Below, piece after piece: positions 24,351-33,187 of a stretch of 33,187 nt of DNA (position 1 is the first letter of the stretch; each line of letters starts with the position of its first letter). The notes beneath the pieces were generated by a model. It was not told the DNA's origin, did not search any database, and worked only from the letters and a program-made list of their open reading frames with translations. The translations under genes were made by a program, and so were the position numbers. The stretch covers positions 1-33,187 of IMG/VR virus record IMGVR_UViG_3300027815_000159; one strand, written 5' to 3'. Source of the stretch: a virus (lineage: Duplodnaviria; Caudoviricetes).

Positions 24351-27300
24351 ATGAGCACCACGCAGGTCTCGATCCGCCTTGGCGTTGAGGGCAAGGCGGA
24401 CGTCAAGCGCGCATTCGACGAGGTCGGCAAGTCCGGACAGGACGCGTTTCGCGGCGTTGCGTCTGCAATGGACGCCACCGGCGCCGCGACCGATCGGCAG
24501 ACCCAGCGCCTTCAACGTCTGGCGGAGGCTGCACGGCAGGCTGGCGCCGCCGACCAGGCGCAACGCAGCTTCAATAGCGTCCTCGGCGTCGACACGGCGC
24601 CGAAATCCGCCCGCGACTCCGCTGCGGTCTTCGAGGCGTCGGCGAAGGGGGCGGAAGACCTCGCTGCCCGAACCGCTGTGCTACGTGCGCAGATCGATCC
24701 GCTCGGCGTCGCACAGCAGAAAATGAACGCCGAGATCGCCAACGCGGGCGGTCTGCTGAAGGCCGGCGCGATTACGCAGGCGGAACATGCGGCCGCCGTG
24801 GCGCTCGCGAAGAAGGAATACGCCGCGACGGCGGCTCAACTTGCCAATCTTGGCGGAACGGCGGCCGTCGGCGAAGTAAGATTTCTGGCACTGACGGGGG
24901 CCACGCGCCGGCTCGTTGAGGCTGCGGCAACCGGCAATATGTCGCTGCGATCCATGACGATGACGGGCGGAGAACTTCTGCGCGTGTCGGCTGGCCCCGG
25001 CGGCTTGATGGGGGCGCTGGGCGGCGTGGGTGCCGCACTGGGCGCACTGCTCACACCGACCGTGCTTGTCATCGGCGGCCTCGTCGGGATCGCGGCCGCT
25101 GCCGGCGTGGCCTATTACCGCTATATCGAGTCGCAGAAGGAGCTCGAAGTCGCTCTCGGCGGCACCGGGCGGGCCGCGGGTGCCACCGTCGGCCAGATCG
25201 AGCGCATCGCAGAGCAATCGGCGTCGGCCGGCAACGTATCGGTCGCCGCCGCGCGCGAGATGGAGGCCGCATTCCTCCAGACCGGCAAGATCGCCGTCTC
25301 GAATTTCGACGGCCTGATCAAGGTCGCGAAGAATTACGCGGCGACTACCGGCGCCGACGTTGCGACCGCCACCAAGGAACTTGCCGGAGCCTTCGCCGAT
25401 CCGATCAAGGGCGCCGACGCGCTGAACGAGAAGCTCAACTTCCTCGACGACAAGACGCGGCAGTATGTCCGCACGCTGGCCGACCACAACGACCGCACCG
25501 GGGCGCAGCGTGTTCTCCTCGATTCGCTCAAGGGCAGTCTGATCAACGCGGCCGATGCGACGACGGCACTTGGGCGGGCCTGGGATTTCGTCGGGCGCAT
25601 GGCGTCGAATGCCTTCGATGCGATCGGGCGGGGCATTTCGCGACTGCTTGATGGCGCGCCGCTCGAAGAACAGCTCAAGCAGCTCCAGGCAACACGCGAA
25701 CGCCTTGCGGCCCTGATCGAGAATCCCGTCGCGCGCCAGGCACGCAACTTTGCCACCAGGCAGCTTGCGGATGTCAATGCCGAGATCGCCAAGATCGAGG
25801 CAAAGCTCGACACCATCCAGGCCCTCGCCAAGGAGGCGAGGGCAAACGAGTTGTCGGTCCGCGCCGGCACCGTTGCGCGTGATCTCACACCCGGCTTCGG
25901 AGAGCTGCAGACGCTAAAGGCGCGCGAGGCGCAGCTGCGGACCGCGCTCGACGATCCGCTGGCGAAGCAGAAGGTCGCCGACCTCAAGCAGGTCGAGACC
26001 GCCTACGATGCGGTCACGCGCGCAATCCTCACCTGGCTGGACCCGGCCGAAAAGGCGCGCCGGCTCGACGAGCTGGAAATCCAGGCGCTTGCCGCCAAGA
26101 CCCCGGCCCAGAAGGCGGCGATTGCCGAGGAACGTCGGCGTCTCGAACTAGCCGGCCAGGCGATCCCCGTCGCCGTTGCGGAAGCCGACGTCACGAGGGC
26201 AAGCACCAAGGCGAGGGCCGAAGCGACCCAGGCGCTGATCGACCAGTCGCGCGTGCTCGAGGTCAATGCCAAGGCGACGCTGGCCGTCGCGGAAGCGTAT
26301 CTCAAGAGCGCCGCGGCAGCGCAGCAGGCCGAGGCCCGGCGCAAGGCGCTGACCGAGGCCGTGCAGAATGGTGTCGATGTCGAAAAGCGCTCGCGCGAAT
26401 TGCTGATCGAGCAGATCGCCGAACAAGCTGCGCAGTCAGCCAAGTCGGTGAGCGACACCGGCACTGAGGCGGAAGCCCAGAAACGGCTCAACAACGCCGT
26501 CGCAGCGGGACGGCTCTCGACCGAACAGGCACAGCGACAGATGCAGGTCGAGCAGGCGCTGCGCCCGCTCCTCATTGCACAATCGCTCGCGGAAGGCGAC
26601 GCCAAGGGCACCCTTGGTCATATTATCGATGCGCTGCGCGGCGCTTATTCACGACTTCATGGCGAGCAGGCCCGTGCCGCGGCCCTGCAGACGATCGAAG
26701 GCCAGAAGAATCAGATCGAGCTTCTCCAGAAGCAGATCGATCTTGCCGGCCAAGGGGAGTCGCAGCGGGCGATTATCATCGCCCAGCTGCAGGCCGAGCA
26801 GCAGCTCCGCCTGAAGGGCATCGATCTCGCCAGCGCCGAGGGCCAGGCGATTCTCGCCAACGCCGGGAGCATCGAGCGACTCAACCAATCGCTTGCCCGC
26901 TCTCAGGCCGGCATGCAGGAGCTGCAGGGCCTCACGGACACGACGTTCAATCGCTTCTCGACGCTGATCGCGGAGGGCAAGACCGACTGGAAGTCCTGGG
27001 CCGATGCCGGACGCGCGGCGCTCCTGGATATAAATAAAGAGATCCTGAAGCTTGCGCTCTTGAATCCGTTCAAGAACTTGTTGTTCGGCAGCAACCTGCC
27101 GACGTTTTCCTCGATTGGCGGGTTGCTCGGCAGCCTCTTCGGTGGCGGGACGGCAAGCATGGGCCCCGCGGCGGCTGCAAGCCGGCTGTTTGGATCGCCG
27201 ATCTACCACCAAGGTGGTTTGGCCGGAGATCCCGCACCGATGCGCGTCCTTCCGTCGGAAATCTTTCGCGCAGCACCACGCTTTCACGAGGGCGCGTTCC

Positions 27301-27512
27301 TCTCGCCCGACGAGGTGCCGGCCATCCTGCAGCGCGGCGAGCGCGTGCTCAGCCGCGAGGAAACGCGCCGCTACGACGGTCGCGGGCCGATGCCCCAGCC
27401 AATGATCAACGTCACCATCCAGACCCCAAGCCCCTCGGCGTTCCAGGCGAGCCGCACCCAAGTCGCGGCCGATCTCGCACGCGCGGTGCGTATGGGTATG
27501 CGGGGCATGTGA
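24351..27512 (+). CDS. Tail tape measure protein (1053 aa)
   Basis: VSIRLGVEG start, Ala/Gln-rich helical sequence, C-terminal APRFHEG...DEVPAILQRGERVLS. Confidence 0.93.
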   Translation: MSTTQVSIRLGVEGKADVKRAFDEVGKSGQDAFRGVASAMDATGAATDRQTQRLQRLAEAARQAGAADQAQRSFNSVLGVDTAPKSARDSAAVFEASAKGAEDLAARTAVLRAQIDPLGVAQQKMNAEIANAGGLLKAGAITQAEHAAAVALAKKEYAATAAQLANLGGTAAVGEVRFLALTGATRRLVEAAATGNMSLRSMTMTGGELLRVSAGPGGLMGALGGVGAALGALLTPTVLVIGGLVGIAAAAGVAYYRYIESQKELEVALGGTGRAAGATVGQIERIAEQSASAGNVSVAAAREMEAAFLQTGKIAVSNFDGLIKVAKNYAATTGADVATATKELAGAFADPIKGADALNEKLNFLDDKTRQYVRTLADHNDRTGAQRVLLDSLKGSLINAADATTALGRAWDFVGRMASNAFDAIGRGISRLLDGAPLEEQLKQLQATRERLAALIENPVARQARNFATRQLADVNAEIAKIEAKLDTIQALAKEARANELSVRAGTVARDLTPGFGELQTLKAREAQLRTALDDPLAKQKVADLKQVETAYDAVTRAILTWLDPAEKARRLDELEIQALAAKTPAQKAAIAEERRRLELAGQAIPVAVAEADVTRASTKARAEATQALIDQSRVLEVNAKATLAVAEAYLKSAAAAQQAEARRKALTEAVQNGVDVEKRSRELLIEQIAEQAAQSAKSVSDTGTEAEAQKRLNNAVAAGRLSTEQAQRQMQVEQALRPLLIAQSLAEGDAKGTLGHIIDALRGAYSRLHGEQARAAALQTIEGQKNQIELLQKQIDLAGQGESQRAIIIAQLQAEQQLRLKGIDLASAEGQAILANAGSIERLNQSLARSQAGMQELQGLTDTTFNRFSTLIAEGKTDWKSWADAGRAALLDINKEILKLALLNPFKNLLFGSNLPTFSSIGGLLGSLFGGGTASMGPAAAASRLFGSPIYHQGGLAGDPAPMRVLPSEIFRAAPRFHEGAFLSPDEVPAILQRGERVLSREETRRYDGRGPMPQPMINVTIQTPSPSAFQASRTQVAADLARAVRMGMRGM

Positions 27513-27520
27513 CCATGAGT

Positions 27521-27571
27521 GGTCGCATTCTCGGACGGAAAACCGGAATCCACTTTTCCTGAGAATGCTCC
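27521..27571. repeat. Rhizobiales-type short intergenic palindromic repeat
   Basis: GCATTCTC-GGAC-GGAAAA-CCGGAATCCAC-TTTTCC-T-GAGAATGC, nested inverted repeats. Confidence 0.65.
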
Positions 27572-27572
27572 G

Positions 27573-28163
27573 ATGCCGCAGCCGTTCCGTGACATCCCGT
27601 TTCCGCCCTTCGTCGCGCGCGGAGCAACGGGTGGGCCGTCGTTCTCGACCAGCGTGGTCACGCTCGCCTCGGGCGCTGAGCAGCGAAACAGCCTTTGGGC
27701 GAACTCGCGCGGCAAGTGGAACATCTCGACCGGGATCCGCACGCGCGAGCAGATGCTCGACGTGATCGCATTCTTTCATGTCGTGAAGGGACGCGCCTAT
27801 TCGTTCCGCTTCAAGGACTGGAACGACTACAGCGCCACGGACCAGTCGATGGTGGAGGTCACCTCGACCGTCTGGCAGTTAGTGAAGCGCTACAACATCG
27901 GCGGCTTCGAGCATGTTCGCACCATCACCAAGCCGGTGGTCGGCACGGCGGTCGTCAAGGTGGGCGCGTCTGTGGTGACCCCGTCCGGCATCGACTACCA
28001 GACAGGCAGAGTCACCTTCTCCTCGGCACCAGGCTCGGCACCGATGGCAAGCTTCGAGTTCGACGTGCCGGTGCGCTTCGAGACCGATCATCTGCCGGTC
28101 CAGGCCAATGCCTGGGACCAGCAGGTGGTCTCGCAGATCGATCTCACCGAGGTCCCTGAATGA
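27573..28163 (+). CDS. DUF2460 / TIGR02217 distal tail protein (RcGTA g12-like)
   Basis: GGPSFSTSVVTLASGAEQRN, FRFKDWND, FEFDVPVRF. Confidence 0.92.
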   Translation: MPQPFRDIPFPPFVARGATGGPSFSTSVVTLASGAEQRNSLWANSRGKWNISTGIRTREQMLDVIAFFHVVKGRAYSFRFKDWNDYSATDQSMVEVTSTVWQLVKRYNIGGFEHVRTITKPVVGTAVVKVGASVVTPSGIDYQTGRVTFSSAPGSAPMASFEFDVPVRFETDHLPVQANAWDQQVVSQIDLTEVPE

Positions 28164-29050
28164 AGACTCTCGATCCAGGGCTTGCCGCCCATGTCGCCGG
28201 GGGCCTGACCACGCTCTGCCGCTGCTGGCGTGTCGACCGCAAGGACGGCGTGATCATGGGGTTCACCGACCACGATCGCGACCTCGCGTTCGACGGCGTC
28301 ACCTATCAGGCGGCAAGCGGCTTCACGGCGACCTCGATCGAGGACCAGCTCGGACTTGCGGTCTCGAACCTGGATGTCCAAGGCGCGCTGAGCTCGGCCG
28401 CCATCACGGAGGATGACCTCAACGCCGGGCGCTACGACGACGCGGCGGTAACGATCTTTCTCGTCAACTGGCAGGACGTCTCGGAGCGCGTGATCCTGCG
28501 CTCTGGCTTTCTCGGCCAGGTTTCGCGCGGAACGCTCGCCTTCACCGCTGAGCTGCGCGGGCTGGCAGCTCGGCTCGACCAGGCAGCCGGTCGAATCTTC
28601 CAGCGGGCTTGCCCATGGGAGCTGGGCGATCCCCACTGCACGGTCGACCTCACGGCCACCGGGCGCTACGGCGCGGGCACGGTGACGCAGGTCATCAGCG
28701 CCTTCGATTTCACCGCCAGCGGGCTCGACGGGCTTGCCACCGGCGTCCTCTCGCGCGGGCGCCTCGTCTGGACGTCCGGAGCGAACGCGGGCCTCGCGGT
28801 GGAAGTGAAATCTCACTCTGCCGGCAGCGGCATGTCGCGCCTCTCGCTCTTTCTGCCGATGCCGGACCCTATGTCTGCAGGCGACACATTCACCGTCACC
28901 GCCGGTTGCGACAAGACTTATCCCACCTGCCGTGACCGCTTCGCCAATGTCGTGAACTTCGGCGGATTTCCGCACATGCCAGGCAATGACTTCGCGTTGT
29001 CCTATCCCAACCAAGGGAGCGGTAACGACGGAGGCAAGCTCGGTGGTTGA
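28160..29050 (+). CDS. DUF2163 / TIGR02218 baseplate hub protein (g13-like)
   Basis: TTLCRCW, GFTDHDRDL, AGCDK...CRDRFAN..NFGGFPHMPGND. Confidence 0.93.
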   Translation: MKTLDPGLAAHVAGGLTTLCRCWRVDRKDGVIMGFTDHDRDLAFDGVTYQAASGFTATSIEDQLGLAVSNLDVQGALSSAAITEDDLNAGRYDDAAVTIFLVNWQDVSERVILRSGFLGQVSRGTLAFTAELRGLAARLDQAAGRIFQRACPWELGDPHCTVDLTATGRYGAGTVTQVISAFDFTASGLDGLATGVLSRGRLVWTSGANAGLAVEVKSHSAGSGMSRLSLFLPMPDPMSAGDTFTVTAGCDKTYPTCRDRFANVVNFGGFPHMPGNDFALSYPNQGSGNDGGKLGG

Positions 29051-29477
29051 GCGCGCCGCCATCATTGCCGAAGCCCGCACCTGGATCGGTACCCCCTACC
29101 ATCACCAGGCGAGCACCAAGGGCGCAGGCTGCGATTGTCTCGGGCTCGTGCGAGGAGTCTGGCGCGAGGTCTATGGCGAGGAGCCGGAAGTACCGCCGCC
29201 CTATTCCCGCGACTGGGCGGAAGCGCACCGGCAAGAGACGCTCGCCGATGCTGCGGCTCGCCACATGGTGCCGGTTGCAATCGCGGATATACAGCCCGGC
29301 GACGTCCCATTGTTCGCCTTGAACGAGCGTGCGCCCGCCAAGCACTGCGCGATCCTCACGGGTCTGGACCGCATGGTCCACAGCTACGAATCCCATCCCG
29401 TCGCGGAAGTCTCGCTCTCGCCGTGGTGGCGGCGGCGCATCCGTTTCGTCTTTGCCTTTCCGGACATCGAGCCCTGA
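29043..29477 (+). CDS. NlpC/P60 cell wall peptidase, TIGR02219 (g14-like)
   Basis: ARTWIGTPYHHQAS.KGAGCDCLGLVRGVWR, AKHCAI. Confidence 0.93.
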   Translation: MVERAAIIAEARTWIGTPYHHQASTKGAGCDCLGLVRGVWREVYGEEPEVPPPYSRDWAEAHRQETLADAAARHMVPVAIADIQPGDVPLFALNERAPAKHCAILTGLDRMVHSYESHPVAEVSLSPWWRRRIRFVFAFPDIEP

Positions 29478-29480
29478 GAC

Positions 29481-32400
29481 ATGGCGACGCTCTTGCTTGC
29501 CGTCGGCGCTGCGGTGCTGACGGAAGGCGCAGCCGCGTGGGTCACGGCCGCCGCGACAGCCGTGGCGGGCGTGGTCGGCAGCGTCATCGACAACCGGCTC
29601 TTCGGCCCGGGTCCCATCAATCAAGAAACCCAAGGTCCTCGCCTCGACAATCTGCAAGTCCAATCCTCGACCGAAGGCGCGTCTCTGCCTGAGATTGCCG
29701 GCCGCGTCCGCATCGCCGGACAGCTGATCTGGGCGACCAAGTTCAAGGAGGTCGTGACCACGACCACTCAGAGCACGGGCGGTGGCGGTGGCAAGGGCGG
29801 CGGTGGAGGTGGCGGGGGCGGCAGCACCGTCACGACGACCACCTATTCGTATTTTGCGAACTTCGCGGTGGGCTTAAGCGAAGGCGCCATCGATCGGGTC
29901 GGGCGCATCTGGGCGGACGGCAAGCCGCTCGATATGAGCAACGTCACGATACGGGTCTATCGCGGGACCGCGGATCAGCTGCCGGACTCATTGATCGAGG
30001 GAATCGAAGGCTCGGGCCAAGTGCCGGCCTATCGCGGCACCGCCTATGTCGTGTTCGAGAACCTTGCGATCGGCTCTTTCGGAAACCGCGTTCCGCAGCT
30101 CAATTTCGAGGTCTTTCGCCGCGTATCGCCGGGAGACGGCTCGGGCGTCGAGGATCTCGTCGAGGCGATCTCGATCATTCCAGGCGCAGGCGAGCGCGTC
30201 TACGACACTTTCGTTCAGACGCGCAATCTCGGCGGCGGCTCGACCGCGCCAGAAAACAAGTTCGCCGGACGCATCGTCGCCGATTGGAACGTGGCACTCG
30301 ACGACCTCGAGGCCTCGCTGCCGAATATCTCCACGGTCCTCTTGGTCGCCGGCTGGTTCGGGGACGATCTACGCGCCGGCCAGTGCACGGTGCGGCCCAA
30401 GGTCGAAGTCTCGACCAAGATCACGAGCCCTGACACATGGCAGGTTCACGGCGTCACGCGTGAAGTAGCAGTAGTCGTCAGCACCGTGCAGGGCCGGCCC
30501 GCCTACGGCGGCACGCCATCCGACGACTCTCTCGTGCGCGCGATCCGCGACCTCAAGGCGCGTGGTCTTTCGGTCATCTTCTATCCGTTCCTGTTCATGG
30601 ACGTGGCGAGCGGAAACACGCTGCCCGATCCCTGGACTGGCAATATCGGCCAGCCGGCTTATCCCTGGCGCGGTCGCATCACCTGCGATCCGGCGCCCGG
30701 GCGGCCCGGCACCGTCGACAAGACCGCGACCGCGACGAGCCAGATTGCGTCGTTCTTCGGAACGGTGACGCGCGACCAGATCAGCGTCTCGGTCAATGGT
30801 TCCTCGGACGCGGTCTCGACGAGCTACTCGGGTCCCGCCGAATGGAGCTATCGGCGGTTCATCTTCCATTGCGCGCGGCTCTGCGCCGCCATCAATGCGG
30901 TCGAATCCGGGGCGGTCGACGCCTTCCTGATCGGTTCCGAGCTGCGCAGTCTCTGTGCCGTGCGCGACAGCGCCACGCATTTCCCGGCGGCGGATTATCT
31001 GAAAGCCCTGGCGGCAGACGTGAAGGTCGTCCTCGGGGCCGGCGTCAAGGTCGGCTATGTCGCCGACTGGTCGGACTACGGCCGTTACCAGCCCGGCGAC
31101 GGCTCGGGCGACCTCTTCTTTCATCTCGATCCGCTCTGGGCCGACGCCAACATCGATTTCGTCGGGGTCGACGTCTACGTGCCGCTCTCCGATTGGCGTG
31201 ACGGCACCGCGCATCTCGACGCGCTGGCGGGTGCTCCCTCGATTTACGACCACGCCTATTTGCAATCGAACATCGAGGGCGGGGAAGATTTCGATTGGTT
31301 CTATGCCTCGCAGGCCGACCGCGATGCCCAGACCCGCACGTCGATCACCGACGGTGCTTACGGCAAGCCCTGGGTGTGGCGCGCGAAGGACTTCCGCAAC
31401 TGGTGGCTCAATGACCACTACGACCGTCCCGGCGGGACCGAGAGCGGGTCGCACACGGGGTGGGTGCCGCAGTCGAAACCGATCTGGTTCACCGAGTTCG
31501 GCATTCCGTCTGTCGACCGCGGGACCAACCAGCCGAACGTCTTCTACGATCCGAAATCCTCGGAGAGCGCGCTCCCCTACTATTCACGGGGCACGCGCGA
31601 CGACCTGATCCAGCGGCGCGGCATCGAGGCGATGCTGACCTATTGGGCGGGTAACAATCCTGTTTCGTCCGTCTATAGGGGTCCGATGATCGGGACGATC
31701 GCGGCTTGGACCTGGGACGCGCGGCCCTATCCTGCCTGGCCCGCCCGCACCGACATCTGGAGCGATGGCGACCTTTGGCCGCTCGGCCATTGGCTCAACG
31801 GCAAGGTCGGGCTCGCGGACTTAGGCGCGCTCGTTGCCGAGCGCTGCGCACGGGTTGGATTTACGGAAGTCGACGTCACCGGACTGTTCGGCATCGTCGT
31901 CGGCTATGTGCGCGACCGGCCGATGAGCCCGCGCGCCGAAATCGAAATGCTCATGCAGGCGTTTGCCTTCGACGCCACCGAAAGCGAAGGCGTGATCCGC
32001 TTCGTGGCGCGCGGGCGGCCTTCGGTGGCCACCGTCGAGCCTGAGGACTGCGTCGCGCCGGATCAAGGCGACGCCGTAACGCTGACGCGCGCACAGGAGA
32101 CCGATCTGCCGGACGTGGTCTCGGTCACCTTCATCGACGGCAACAACGACTACCAATCGGGGTCGATCTCCGCGAGCAGGCTCGCGGGCTGGTCGGACCG
32201 CAAGCGCGACGCGAGCTTCGCGCTGGTGATGGACGACGTGCAAGCGCAAGGGATTGCCGATCGGGCGCTTGCCGAAACCTGGATCGCACGCGAGACCGCA
32301 AAACTGGGGGTCCCGCCTGCGCTCGTCGCGCTCGATCCGGGCGACGTCATCGATCTGGTGGTCGGTGGTCGCCCACGCTCGTTCCGCCTGACGCGCATCA

Positions 32401-33187
32401 ACGACGGCGGACTGCGCAACATGGAAGCGCAGCGCGCCGAGGCTGCGGTCTACGCTCCCCCGCTGCCGGGGATCGCGCCGCCCGCGGTGACGGTCCCGCC
32501 TGTCCTCGGCGCTGCCGTCCTGCGGATCATGGACCTGCCGATCCTGATCGACACCGACGTTCCTTGGTCGCCCTATGCCGGTGCTTGTGCCTCGCCATTC
32601 GCCGGCATTCTGGTGCTCGACAGCGCCACTGGCTCAAGCTTCGCGGTCGACACCACGCTGCCGGTCCGCGCCACCATGGGCGAGACTCTGAATGCATTCC
32701 CCGCGGGACCGACCGCATATTGGGACGACGTCAACATTCTCTCGGTCAAGCTCTATGCGGGCGAGCTGACGAGCCGCACCGAAGCCGAAATCCTAGCGGG
32801 CGGCGCGAACGCGCTCGCGATCGGCACGCCCGACGGCGACTGGGAAATCGTGCAGTTCTGCAATGCGAATCTCACGGCGCCGAGCACCTACAACGTCACG
32901 AAACTCTTGCGTGGCCGGATGGGGACCGAGCACGGCATGCGCGCGCCGCTCGCGACGGCTGCCCCCGTCGTTCTGATCGACGGGGCTATCGCGCAACTAC
33001 AGACGATGCTTTCCGAGCGGGGTATTGCCCGATTTTATCGGTGGGGTCCTCCTGGACTCGATGCGACCGATCCGGCTTGGCAGCAGACGACATTCACTGC
33101 CCGCGCGGTCGGGCTCATGCCCTGGTCGCCGGTCCATATCGGCGGCACACGCAACGGCTCGGGTGATCTTTCGGTCACCTGGGTGCG
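29481..33187 (+). CDS. Baseplate multidomain 'megatron' protein (RcGTA g15-like), 3' truncated
   Basis: MATLLLA, GPRLDNL..SSTEGA, PAYRGTAYVVFE, AYGGTPSD, AFLIGSEL, SKPIWFTEFG, WTWDARPYP; same frame at both ends; missing from the ORF track because it has no stop in the window. Confidence 0.93.
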   Translation, partial: MATLLLAVGAAVLTEGAAAWVTAAATAVAGVVGSVIDNRLFGPGPINQETQGPRLDNLQVQSSTEGASLPEIAGRVRIAGQLIWATKFKEVVTTTTQSTGGGGGKGGGGGGGGGSTVTTTTYSYFANFAVGLSEGAIDRVGRIWADGKPLDMSNVTIRVYRGTADQLPDSLIEGIEGSGQVPAYRGTAYVVFENLAIGSFGNRVPQLNFEVFRRVSPGDGSGVEDLVEAISIIPGAGERVYDTFVQTRNLGGGSTAPENKFAGRIVADWNVALDDLEASLPNISTVLLVAGWFGDDLRAGQCTVRPKVEVSTKITSPDTWQVHGVTREVAVVVSTVQGRPAYGGTPSDDSLVRAIRDLKARGLSVIFYPFLFMDVASGNTLPDPWTGNIGQPAYPWRGRITCDPAPGRPGTVDKTATATSQIASFFGTVTRDQISVSVNGSSDAVSTSYSGPAEWSYRRFIFHCARLCAAINAVESGAVDAFLIGSELRSLCAVRDSATHFPAADYLKALAADVKVVLGAGVKVGYVADWSDYGRYQPGDGSGDLFFHLDPLWADANIDFVGVDVYVPLSDWRDGTAHLDALAGAPSIYDHAYLQSNIEGGEDFDWFYASQADRDAQTRTSITDGAYGKPWVWRAKDFRNWWLNDHYDRPGGTESGSHTGWVPQSKPIWFTEFGIPSVDRGTNQPNVFYDPKSSESALPYYSRGTRDDLIQRRGIEAMLTYWAGNNPVSSVYRGPMIGTIAAWTWDARPYPAWPARTDIWSDGDLWPLGHWLNGKVGLADLGALVAERCARVGFTEVDVTGLFGIVVGYVRDRPMSPRAEIEMLMQAFAFDATESEGVIRFVARGRPSVATVEPEDCVAPDQGDAVTLTRAQETDLPDVVSVTFIDGNNDYQSGSISASRLAGWSDRKRDASFALVMDDVQAQGIADRALAETWIARETAKLGVPPALVALDPGDVIDLVVGGRPRSFRLTRINDGGLRNMEAQRAEAAVYAPPLPGIAPPAVTVPPVLGAAVLRIMDLPILIDTDVPWSPYAGACASPFAGILVLDSATGSSFAVDTTLPVRATMGETLNAFPAGPTAYWDDVNILSVKLYAGELTSRTEAEILAGGANALAIGTPDGDWEIVQFCNANLTAPSTYNVTKLLRGRMGTEHGMRAPLATAAPVVLIDGAIAQLQTMLSERGIARFYRWGPPGLDATDPAWQQTTFTARAVGLMPWSPVHIGGTRNGSGDLSVTWV

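Larger units (their letters stand above)
1..33187 (+). mobile_element. Temperate siphovirus-type prophage (partial): lambda-like head, GTA-like tail tip
   Basis: Colinear replication, packaging, head and tail genes on the + strand with frequent ATGA/GTGA overlaps; no att site or integrase in the window. Confidence 0.95.

Noticed and set aside
29776-29824. GGC/GGT-rich tandem tract
   Set aside because: Encodes the Gly-rich GGKGG linker usual near the N-terminus of g15-like proteins.
27573-33187. Gene transfer agent cluster
   Set aside because: Linked to replication genes, a lambda-type head, a cos candidate and a long tape measure.
29481-33187. Apparent ORF-poor or pseudogene region, or a diversity-generating retroelement target
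   Set aside because: One reading frame running off the window explains the gap in the ORF track; no reverse transcriptase or template/variable repeat pair was seen.

Overview
A GC-rich window almost entirely occupied by an alphaproteobacterial-type temperate siphophage (prophage or phage contig), cut off at both ends. Left part (1-9.8 kb): recombination/replication module with an AAA_24/Sak4-like ATPase, SSB-like protein, DUF6511-like protein, HNH-like gene, Cas4-like nuclease, RecD-like helicase, Toprim primase-DUF927 helicase, a repeat-rich putative origin, RuvC-like resolvase and a late-regulator-like gene. Middle: an antisense higBA module, a lambda-like cos candidate, a ParB-methyltransferase and two antisense genes. 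Right part: lambda-like head genes (terminase, gpW, portal, S49 protease/scaffold, decoration, capsid) interrupted by an antisense phd-vapC module, then a tail with a -1 frameshift chaperone, tape measure and GTA-like (g12-g15) tail-tip genes running off the end. No integrase, repressor, lysis genes, RNA genes or CRISPR array were seen. Most unusual: an N-terminal 'DFN' peptide shared by several unrelated replication proteins, REP-like palindromes sitting in frame inside phage genes, an ABC-transporter/phage ATPase chimeric junction at the left edge, and an unlisted 27-aa membrane peptide in the tail operon. All family calls come from motif recognition and gene order; no searches were run.
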